Source of the DNA: Octopus sinensis
Lineage: Eukaryota
Assembly (NCBI RefSeq): GCF_006345805.1
Contig: NC_042998.1
Span: 154,690,001 to 154,754,000, forward strand
Reading direction: 5' to 3'
DNA: 64,000 bases
In this document: positions 28,288-39,030 of the stretch, piece after piece
How positions within the stretch are numbered: position 1 is the stretch's first letter
Layout of the letters: every line of letters starts with the position of its first letter
Translations under genes and position numbers: made by a program
Notes under the pieces: model-generated
Databases searched by the model: none
Told to the model about the DNA's origin: nothing
Seen by the model: only the letters and a program-made list of their open reading frames with translations

Positions 28288-31200
28288 CACGTGCACGTAC
28301 ACGCGACCGATCCTTTCAGACAATATAGCCGGAAGACTATATTGAGGCCTAGCAGTCGGCAGGTGGATGTCTCCGGGATCGTTCGGCAAGATAGCTGAGA
28401 CGTCAGCCAAAGACGAACTCAGCCCGGCGGGTGGCCGCCGCCTTCACGCTGCCTTGCTTTCACCGTCCTATTTCGCACCGCATTGTGCCAGCGGCAGGCT
28501 GCGCCAGGCACCCAGTGCTCCGCCGCGCTACCGTGCCGGATATCGAAAGAACGAACCTAAGCTAACGGTATCGCCCACGTACGCGAGAACGTAGCCGCGA
28601 ACGATGCCGGATCTCTGTCATCAAATACACGCGGTCAATACAGCGACGTGGTCCGTCCCGAATATTCCCAAAAGATAACAACTACGGCTAGTATAGGTAG
28701 GGCCCGACAGTGGCAGGGTTTGCAGAGTCGCCCTATTAAGAACGAATCGAAGCTCGAAGTGTCGCCCACGTACCATGCCCGATATCGAAAGGTACATGCG
28801 GTCGATACAGTGACGTGGTCCATCCCGTAAATTCCCGATGCCGTCAGTCACCGGGCATGTACCGGGTAAATACAACGACGTGGTTCGACCCGTAAGTTAG
28901 AAAAATCAGACTATATTGAGGTCTAGGTGGATGTCTCCGGCATCGTGCGTCTAGATGCCTTACACGTCATCCTAAGACGCCGTCAGCCCGGCGGGTTACC
29001 ACCTTCTTCACGCCATCTTGCTTTCACGTTTCGACTAATCGCTGCAGCGCCGCCAGCGGCAGGCCTGTTCTGGTCGCCCGTTATTCCGCCGCGTTACCGT
29101 GCCCGATATCGAAAGAACAAACCTAAGCTCGCGTGATCGCCCACGTACACTTGGATGTAGCCGCGATTGTTGCCGAAAGGCTGTCACGAGATAAAGGCGG
29201 TTGATACAGCGACGTGTTCCTTCGCGTAAATTCCCGAAAGATGGCAACGACGGCTTGTATATGTAGGGGCAGCCTGCGGCTGGCTTGCGCCAGTCACCCG
29301 TTGATCCGCCGCGCTACCGTGCCCGATATCGAAAGAACGAACCTAAGGTATTGGTATCGCCCACGCACACGTGGACGTACCCGCGAGAGATATCGGAAGG
29401 CTGTCACGAGATACATGCGGTTGATACAGCGAAGTGGTCCGTCCCGTAAATTCCCGAAAATGACAACTGCGGCTAGTATAGGTAGGGGTCGCCATTCGCC
29501 CGGACCTACGCATCGTTACCGTGCCCGATCTAGTAAGACCGAATCGAAGCTCGCAGTATCACAAACGTACACGTGGACAGATCCCTTCAGTCGACGGGAG
29601 TCTATGGCGATATGCACCGGGTAAATACAACGATGTGGTCCAACCCGTAAGTCAACGGAAACAGACCCGTGACCTTACGGGTCGGCCCACGGTGGATAGT
29701 CACGCTCCAGGTGACCGTCGCACCCCAAGGGTGTCCAGACTATATTCATTGCTAGCAGTCGGCAGGTGGATGTCTCCGGCATCGTTCGTCAAGATGCCCG
29801 ACACGTCAGCCTAAGACGCCATCAGCCTGTCGGGTGGCCGCCGCCTTCACGGCATCTTGCTTTCACCTTTCAACTACGCGATTCGGCAGATGACAACTGC
29901 GGCTTTCTTTCCCTGTTCGACGACGCGCCGCGGGCTCGCCAGCGGCAGGCCTTCGCCGGTCGCCCGTTGCTCCGCCGCGCTACCGTGCCAAATATCGAAA
30001 GCACGAACCGAAACTCGCGGTATCGCCCACGTGCGCGTGGACGTAGCCGCAACCGATGCCGGAACTCTGTCACGAGATAAAAGCGGTCGATACAGCGACG
30101 TGCTCCTTAGACTAAATTCCCGAAAGATGACAACTGCGGTTAGTATTTCTAAGAGCCGACGGCGGCAGGCCTGCACAAGTCGCTCGGAGCTTCGCCGCGT
30201 TACCGTCCCCGATATAGAAAGAACGAATCGAAGGTAGCGCTGTTGCCCACGTACACGTGGACGTAGCTGTCAGTCGCCGGGAATCTGTGGCGATATGCAC
30301 CTGGTAAATACAACGACGTGGACCGACCCGTAAGTTAACGGAAACAGATCCGTTAGCTGACGGGTCGGCCAACGCTGGATAGTCACGCTCTAGGTGACCG
30401 TCGCGCTCCAAGGGGGTCCAGACTACATTGAGGCCTAGCATTCGACAGGTGGATGTCTCCGGGCTCGTTCGGCAAGATAGCTGAGACGTCAGCCTATGAC
30501 GCCGTCAGTCCGGCGGGTGGCCGCCGCCTTCACGCCAATTTGCTTTCACCTTTCTTTCCCTGTTCGCAGCGGCAGGGCTGCGCCGGTCGCCCGTTGCTCC
30601 ATCACGCAACCGTGCCCGATATCGGAAGAATGAACCTAAGCAAGCGGTATCGCCCACGTACGCTTGGACGTAGCCGCGACCGATGCCGGATCTCTGTCAC
30701 GGAATACACGCGAGGTGCATAGCGCAACAGACTCAGGGCGACTGACGGGATCGGTTGCGGCTACGTCCACGTGTACGTGAGCGATACCGCTAGCTTCGAT
30801 TCCTTCTTTCTATATCGGGCACGGTAGCACGGCGGAGCTCCGGGCGACTGGCGGAGGCCTGGCGTATGCCTGGCGCAGGCCTTGCGTAGGCCTGTCGCAA
30901 GCCTCTACCTATACTAGCCGAATAGTCGAACAGGGAAAACATGGCGCAAACCCACCTCTGGCGCCCCCTACCTATACTACCACCGCCTACACGCTGCCGT
31001 GCGTTCACCGATCGAATACGCGCAGGGGGGTCCCAAGCGGCAGGCCTGCGCCGGTCGCCCCTTGCTCCGGCGCACTACCGTGCCCGATATCGAAAGATAC
31101 AAGCGGTCGATACAGTGACGTGGTCCGTCCCGTAAATTCCCGAAAGATAACAAATGCGGCTCTTATAGGTAGGGGGTGACAGCGGCAGGCCTGCGCCAGT

Positions 31201-34200
31201 CGCCCGGAGCTCCGCCTCGTTAGCGTGCATGATCTAGTAAGAACTATGCACACGTGTACGTAGCCGCGACCGATCCCGTCAGTCGCCGAGAGTCTGACGA
31301 TATGCACGTGGTCCGACCCATAAGTTAACGGAAACAGACCCGTTAGCTGATGGGTCGGCCCTGGCTGGATAGTCACGGTCTAGGTGACCGTCGCACCCCA
31401 AGGGGTTCCAGACTATATTGAGGGCTAGCAGTCGGCAGATGAATGTCTCCGGGATCAATCGGCATGATGTCTGAGACGTCAGCCTGAGAAACCATGAGCC
31501 CGGCGGGTGGCCGCCGCTTTAACGCCACTTCGCTTTCCCTGTTCGCCTACGCGCCGCGGTGTCGCCAGCGGCAGGCCAGCCCCAGTCGCCCGGAGGTCCG
31601 CTGCGCTACCGTTCCCGATATAGAAAGAACGAATCGGAGCTAGCGGTATCGCCCACGTTACACGTGGTCGTAGCCGCGACCAATCCCGTCAGTCACCGGG
31701 AGTCTGTTGCGATATGCACCTGGTAAATACAACGACGTGGTCCGACCAATAAGTTAACGAAAAACGACCCGCGAGTTTTCGGGTCGGCCCACGCTGGATA
31801 GTAAGTCTCTAGTTGACCGTCGCACACCAAGGGGGTCCAGACTATATTGAGGGCTAGCAGTCGGCAGGTAGATGTCTCCGGGATCGTTCGGTAAGATGCT
31901 TGAGACGTCAGCCTAAGACGCCGTTAGCCCGGCGGGTGGTCGCCGCCTTCACGACGCCGTGCTTTCATCGTTTGACTACGCGCCGCGGGGCCGCAAGCGG
32001 CAGGCCGGCACCGGTCGCCCGTTACTCGGCCGCGCTACCGTGCCCGATATCGAAAGAACGAACCTCACCTTGCGGTATCGCCCACGTTACATGTGGACGT
32101 ACCCTCGACCGATGCCGGAAGTCTGTCACGAGATACAAGCGGTTGTTACAGTGACGTGGTCCGTCCCATAAATTCCCGAAAGAAGACAACTGCGGCTAGT
32201 ATAGGTAGGGGCCGCCAGAGGTGGGTTTGCGCCATGTTTTCCCTGTTCGACTATTCGGCTAGTATAGGTAGAGGCCTGCGACAGGCCTACGCAAGGCCTG
32301 CGCCAGGTAAACGCCAGGCCTCCGCCAGTCGCCCGGAGCTCCGCCGTGCTACCGTGCCCGATATAGAAAGAAGGAATCGAAGCTAGCGGTATCGCTCACG
32401 TACACGTGGACGTAGCCGCAACCGATCCCGTCAGTCGCCCTGATTCTGTTGCGCTATGCACCTGGTAAATACAACGACGCGGACCGACTCGTAAGTTAGC
32501 GGAAACAGACCCGTGAGCTTACGCTGGATAGTCACGCTCTAGTTGACCGTCGCATCCCAAGGGGTTCCAAACTATATTGAGGGCTAGCATTCGGCAGGTG
32601 GAATATCTCCGGGATCGTTCGGCGAGATGCCTGAGTCTTCAGCCTAAGACGCCGTCAGCCCGGTGGGTGGCCACCGCCTACACGCCGCCGTGCGTTCACC
32701 GATCGAATACGCGCAGGGGGGTTCCCAAGCGGCAGGCCTGCCCCGGTCGCCCCTTGCTCCGGCGCGCTACCGTGCCCGATATCGAAAGATACAAACGGTC
32801 GATACAGTGACATGGTCCGTCCCGTAAATTCCCGATGCCCTCAGTCACCGGGAGTCTTTGGAGATATGCACCGGGAAAATACAGCGACGTGGTCCGACCC
32901 GTAAGTTAGAAAAGTCAGATCCTTAAGCTTGTGGGTCGGCCCCGGCTGGATAGTCACGCTCTATTTGACCTTCGCGCCCCAAGGGGTTGCAGACTATATT
33001 GAGAGCTAGCAGTCGGCAGGTGAATGTCTCTAGGATCGTTCGGCATGATGTCTGAGACGTCAGCCTGAGACGCCGTCAGCCCGACGGGTGGCCGCCGCTT
33101 TAACGTAACCTTTCTTTCCCTGTTCGACTACGCGCCGTGGGGCCGCCAGCGGCAGGTCTGCGCCGGTCGCCCGTTGCTCCGCCGCGCTACCGTGCCAAAT
33201 ATCGAAAGAACGAATCTAAGCTCGCGGTATAACCCACGTACACGTAGACGTAGCCGCGACCGGTGTCGGAAGGCTGTCACGAGATACAAGCGATCGATAG
33301 AGCGAAGTGCTCCTTAGCGTAAATTCCCGAAAGATAACAACTGCCGCTAGTATTGGTAGGAGCCGATAACGGCAGCTCTGGGCCAGTCACCCGGAGCTCC
33401 GCCGCGGTACCGTGCCCAATACAGAAAGAACGAATCGAAGTTAGCGGTATCGCCCACGTACACGTGGACGTAGCCGCGACCGATCCCGTTAGTCGCCGGG
33501 AGTCTGTTGCGATATGCACCTGGTAAATACAACGACGTGATCCGACCTGTAAGGTAACAGAAACAGACCCGTGAGCTAACGGGTCGGCCCACGGTTGGAT
33601 AGTCACGCTCTAGTTGACCGTCGAACCCCAATGGGGTCCAGATTATTTTGAGGCCTAGCAGTCGGCAGGTTGATGTCTCCGAGATCGTTCGGGAAGATGC
33701 TTGAGACGTCAGCCTATGACGCCGTCAGCCCGGCGGGCGGTCGCCGCCTTGCTTTCACCGTTCGACTACGCGCCGCGTGGTCGCCAGCGGCAGGCCTGCG
33801 CCGGTAGCCACGTTACATGTGGACGTACCCTCGACCGATGCCGGAAGTCTGTCACGAGATACAAGCGGTTCTTACAGAGAGATGGTCCGTCCCATAAATT
33901 TCCGAATGATGACAACTTCGGCCAGTACAGAGGTGGGGTTGCGCATTGCTTTCCCTGTTCGACTATGCGCCGCGGGCTCGCCAGCGGCAGGCCTTCGTCG
34001 GTCGCACGTTGCTCCGCCGCGCTACCGTGCTCGATATCGAAAGCACGAACCGAAACTCGTGGTATCGCCCACGTACGCGTGGAGGTAGCCGCGACCGATG
34101 TCGGAAGGCTGTCACGAGAAACAAGCGGTCGATACAGCAACGTGTTCCTTCGCGTAAATTCCCGAAAGATGAAAACTGCGGCTAATATAGGTAGGAGCCG

Positions 34201-37200
34201 AAAGCGGCAGCCCTGCCCCAGTCACCCGGAGCTCCGCCGCAATCGAAGCTAGCGTTATCGCCCACGCTATATAGTCAGGCTCTAGTTGACCGTCGCACCC
34301 CAAGGGGATCCAGACAATATTGAGGGCTAGCAGTCGGTAGGTGGATGTCTCCGGGATCATTCGGTAAGATGCTTGATACGTCAGCCTAAGAAGCCGTTAG
34401 CCCGGCGGGTGGTCGCGGCCTTCACGCTGCCGTGCTTTCAGCGTTCGACCACGCGCCGCGGGGCCGCAAGCGGCAGGCCGGCACTGCTCGCCCGTTACTC
34501 GGCCGCGCGACCGTGCCCGATATCGAAACAATGAACATTAGCTTGCGGTATCGCCCACGTACACGTGGACGTACCCTCTACCGATGCCGGAAGTCTGTCA
34601 CAAGATACAAGCGGTCGATATAGTGACGTGGTCCGTCCCATAAATTCCCGATAGATGACAACTCCGGCTAGTATAGTTTGCGCCATGCTTTCCCTGTTCG
34701 ACTACTAGCCGCGGGCTCGCCAGAGGCAGGCCTGCGCCGGACGCCCGTTGCTCCGCCGCGCTATCGAAAGCACGAACCGAAACTTGCAGTATCGCCCACG
34801 TACGCGTGGACGTAGCCGCAACCGACGCGAGAACTCTGTCACGAGATACAAGCGGTCGATGCAGCAACGTGCTCCTTAGCCTAAATTCCCGAAAGATGAC
34901 AACTCCGGCTAGTATTGGTAGGAGCCGACGGCGGCAAGCCTGCACAAGTCGCCCGCATCTCCGCCTCGCTACCGTCCACGATAAAGAAAGAACGAATCGA
35001 AGCTAGCGGTGTCGTCCACGTACACGTGGACCTAGCCGTGACAGATCTCGTTAGTCGCCGGGAGTCTGTGGCGATATGCACCTGATAAATACAACGACGT
35101 GTTCCGACCCGTAAGTTAACGAAAACAGACACGTTAGCTGACGGGTCGGCCCAGGCTGAAAAGTCACGCTCTAGGTGACCGTCGCACCCCAAGGGGGTCC
35201 AGACTATATTGAGGCCTAGTAGTCGGCAGGTGCATGTCTCCGGGACTGTCGCACCCCAAGGGGTTCCAGACTATATTGAGGGCTAGCAGTCGGCAGATGA
35301 ATGTCTCCGAGATCGTTCGGCATGATGTCTGTGACGTCTGCATGAGACGCCGTGAGCCCGGCGGGTGGCCGCAGCTTTAACGCCACCTCGCTCTCCCTGT
35401 TCGACGACGCGCCGCGGGGCCGCCAGCGGCAGGCCTGCGCCGGTCGCCCGTTCCTCCGCCGCGCTGGAACCCCTTGGAGTACGACCGTCACCTGGAGCGT
35501 GACTATCCAGCCGGGGCAAACCCACAAGCTTAAGGGTCTGATACTTTTTTAACTTACAGGTCGGACATCGTCGCTGTATTTACCCGGTGCATATCGCCAA
35601 AGACTCCCGGTGACTGACGGCATCGGGAATTTACGGGACGGAACACGTCACTGTATGGACCGTTGGTATCTTTCGATATCGGGCACGGTAGCGCGGCGGA
35701 GCAAGGGGCGATCGGCGCAGGCCTGCCGCTTGGGGCCCCGAACGGTGAAAGCACGGCGGCGTGTAGGCGGCGGCCACCCGCCGGGCTGACTGCATCTTAG
35801 GCTGACGACTCAGGCATCTTACCGAACGATCCCGGAGACATCCACCTCCGGAATGCAAGCCCTCAGTATAGTTTGGAACCCCCTTGGGGTGCGACTGTCA
35901 ACAAGAGCGTGACTATCCAGCATGGGTTGACCCGTCAGCTCACGGGTCTGTTTCCGTTAAGTTACGAGTAGGACCACGTCGTTGTATTTACCAGGTGCAT
36001 AGCGCAACAGACTTCCCGGCGACTGACGGGAACGGTCGCGGCTACGTCAACGTGTACGTGAGCGATACCGCTAGCTTCGATTCCTTCTTTCTATATCGGG
36101 CACGGTAGCGCGTCGGAGCTCCAGGCGACTGGCGCAGGCCTGGCGTAGGCCTGGCGCAGGCCTATCGCTGGCGGCCTCTACCTATACTAGCCGCAGTGAC
36201 CGGGCTGACGGCGTATTAGGCTGACGTGTCAGGCATCTTGACGATCGATGCCGGAGACATCCATCTGCTGACAGCTAGCCCTCAATATAGTCTGGAACCC
36301 CTTGGGGTGCGATGGCCACCTTGAGCGTGACTATCCGGCGTGGGCCGACCTGTAAGCTCACGGGTCTGTTTCCGTTAAGTTACAGGTCGGACCACGTCGT
36401 TGTATTTACCCGGTGTATATCCCCACAGACTCCCCACGTGTGCATCGGCGATACTGTTAGCTTCGATTCGTACTTACTAGATCATGCACGGTAGCGCGGA
36501 GGAGCTTCGGCTATTAATTGAAACGTGAAAGCAAGATGGCGTGAAGGCGGCGGCCATCCGCCGGGCTCACGGCGTCTTAGGCTGAGGTGTCAGGCATCTT
36601 GACGGACGATGCAAGAGACATCCACCTGCCGAATGCTAGCCCTCAATATAGTCTGGAGCTCCTTGGGGTGCGACGTTCACCTAGAGCGTGACTATCAAGC
36701 GTGGGCCGACCCATAAGCTCACGGGTCGGTTTCCGTTAAGTTAGGGGTCGGACCACGTCGTTGTATTTACCCGGTGCATATCGCCACAGACTCTCGGCGA
36801 CTGACGGGATCGGTCGCGGCTACGCCCACGTGTACGTTTGTGATACAGTGAGCATTGATTCGGTCTTACTTGATTGGGCACGGTAGAGTTCCGGGCGACT
36901 GGCGCAGGCCTGGAGCAACCCTGCCTCTGGCGGCCCTTACCTATACTAGCCGCAGTTGTCATCTTTCGGGAATTTACTGGACGGACCACGTCACTGCGGC
37001 GGGTCTGACGGGTCTGCCCACGCTGGATAGTCACGCTGTAGGTGACCGTTGCACCCCAAAAGGATCCAGACTATATTGAGGCCTAGCAGTCGGCAGGTGG
37101 ATGTCTCGGGGATCGTTAGGCATGATGCCGGAGACGTCAGCCTAAGACGTCGTCAGCCCAACGGCTGGCCGCTTGCCTTCACGCCACCTTGCTTTCTCCG

Positions 37201-37560
37201 TTCGTCTATGCGTCGCGGGGCCGCCGGAGACAGGCCTGCGCCGGTCGCCCGTTGCTCCACCGCGCTAACGTTACCGAAATCGAAAGAACGGACCTAAGCT
37301 CGGGGTATCGCCCACGTACACGTACCCGCGACCGATGCCGTAAGGCTGTCACGAGATACACGCTGTCGATACACTAACGTGGTCCATCCCGTAAATTCCC
37401 AACGCCGTCAGTCGCCGGGAGTCTGTGGCGATATGCACCGGGTAAATACAGCGACGTGGTCAGACTCGTAAGTTAAAATAATCAGACCCGTAAGCTTGTG
37501 GGTCGCCCCCCGCTGGATAGTCACGCTCTAGGTGACTGTCGCATCCCAAGGGGGTCCAGA
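28288..37560 (+). repeat. GC-rich rDNA intergenic-spacer-like array (~430-830 bp units built from ~230 bp sub-repeats), with an inverted block at ~35466-36997
   Basis: Recurrent ccagactatattgagggctagcagtcggcaggtggatgtctcc and cgtcccgtaaattcccgaaagatgacaactgcggctagtataggtagg. The same family lies directly downstream of the 28S 3' end. Confidence 0.85.
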
Positions 37561-37600
37561 CTACTATGTAGGGTTGTGGCTGATCGGCATAGGTGACCGT
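37545..37600 (+). promoter_or_regulatory. Putative RNA polymerase I initiator (CTACTATGTAGGG)
   Basis: The last repeat unit diverges into unique sequence exactly where tatattgaggg is replaced by ctactatgtaggg. The motif resembles the TATA-like/G-run Pol I start sites of Drosophila and plants. Inference only. Confidence 0.4.
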
Positions 37601-37750
37601 CTGAAAGGGATTTTCTCGTCGCCCATTTCTGCCAACGGTTAGCTCCCCGTTTGCCGGTGCAAGATCGACTCTACACGGCTGGCGCGTCCTCGAATTTCCG
37701 CCGCCACACCGCCCGCCTTTCAGACGCTGCGTTCGCCCGCATCTTCACGT

Positions 37751-37846
37751 CCGCCTTCGCCCGCCTTCGCCCGCCTTCGCCCGCCTTCGCCCGCCTTCGC
37801 CCGCCTTCGCCCGCCTTCGCCCGCCTTCGCCCGCCTTCGCCCGCCT
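37751..37846 (+). repeat. (CCGCCTTCGC)9 minisatellite
   Basis: Nine perfect decamers plus a partial copy. Confidence 0.98.
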
Positions 37847-37873
37847 CTGGACGTCCGATTTTGCCCGCCTCTT

Positions 37874-37959
37874 GATGTCGCTTTTTGATCCTTCGTTGTC
37901 GGCTCTTCCTATCATTGCGAGGCAGAATTCTCAAAGCGTTGGATTGTTCACCCACTAAC

Positions 37960-38006
<47 letters not shown>

Positions 38007-38571
38007 TCCTACCGATGCATCGCGCGTACGCGGCGCCCCGAGTCGCGTCGGGGTTCTCGGCGTGCGCTTAGGCGGCGGCGCGCTCGCGCGTCGTCCGTCG
38101 TGGCTGCCGCCGCCGCTTCTCCGGCCGACCTTAGGCGGGCGTCAGCAACGTCAACTCGTCTACGGTTATCCCGTCCAGTACGAGAGGAACCGCATGATTA
38201 GAGCAACGGTTTGCTCACTCACTCGATAGAGCGGTGGGGCCAGGCTGCGTCTGAGCGATAACGGCTGAACGCCTCTAAGCCGGAACCGTAGCTGGACACG
38301 AGTTGTTTTCCAAAAGCGTCTCAACCTCAAAGCGCATGGCTTAGCTCGGCGTTCGCCGTCCGCCCGTCGCGTTCGCGCGGTGAGCGGCAGCGTCGCCGGC
38401 GGTGGCTCCGTCGTCGTCGTCTACGCGGCCCGCTCTGACTCGTTCGAAGAGATCGAGACGAAAGGGATCGCTTGCAGACGATTCGACTTGCCGTTCGGTA
38501 TGACGTGCTTAGTAGAGCAGCTACCACAGTGCGATTTATTGAGTCGCTTCTCGCGAACGACACGATTCGTC
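37874..38571 (+). rRNA. 28S: 28S rRNA 3'-terminal fragment (5'-truncated, probably a pseudogene)
   Basis: Conserved gtcgctttttgatccttcg, ttggattgttcacccactaa, gagctgggtttagaccgtcgtgagacagg, sarcin-ricin loop agtacgagaggaac (38177-38190), ctgaacgcctctaag and agagcagct...gcgatttattga. Confidence 0.95.
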
Positions 38572-39030
38572 CCTTCGAGGCGGAAGGAGGAGGTGAGGTG
38601 CGAAAGATGGCAAACTAAAGCGCGATCAAGTGGCGGAGGTGGCGTCGTTATCCTCCGCCGTTCGTTGATCGCGATGGTCGGGTGGGGCGACGAAGTGTTT
38701 GCGGCGGCGAACGACTTAGCGGTCGTCGTAATCGTCTTCATCGTCTTACCCCCGGAATCGAGCACGCATCGTCATGCGCTCGTCTAAATGAGAAGTAGAA
38801 GAAACGCCAGCTCGTAACTGTGCGCGTACACTGGGTGATCGGTTTATGCTGAGGAACCTGACGTAAAATAAAAGTCGTGTACCTCCGAGCCATCCTGTTC
38901 GGGCGAGTTCTCGGTCGTCGGGAGCGGCCGGTCGGTCGGCAGGTAAAGAGTCTGAGTAGTATACGACGTTATCGACGAAGACCACGAGTGTGTGTGTCCG
39001 TGTGTTATCGGTGTTATCGACGACGCACGA
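38572..39030 (+). other. 3' ETS / terminator region of rDNA with a stem-loop at 38621-38673
   Basis: Unique GC-rich sequence between the 28S end and the first spacer repeat. Stems cgcgatcaa/ttgatcgcg and ggcggagg/cctccgcc. Confidence 0.55.

Larger units (their letters stand above)
16863..31238 (+). repeat. Copy 2 of ~17 kb direct duplication
   Basis: Near-identical to 1-13295, with an extra ~1.2 kb at ~26540-27720 and several 10-30 bp indels. Confidence 0.95.

Noticed and set aside
28288-37560. CRISPR-like or retron-like interpretation of the regular repeats
   Set aside because: No unique spacers between constant repeats, no cas or RT gene nearby, and a eukaryotic context adjacent to 28S.
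37600-37873. rDNA-specific retroelement (R1/R2/RT-like) end causing the 28S truncation
   Set aside because: No ORF remnant, poly(A) tail or upstream 28S half. A deletion from the ETS is simpler, although an element end is not excluded without alignment.
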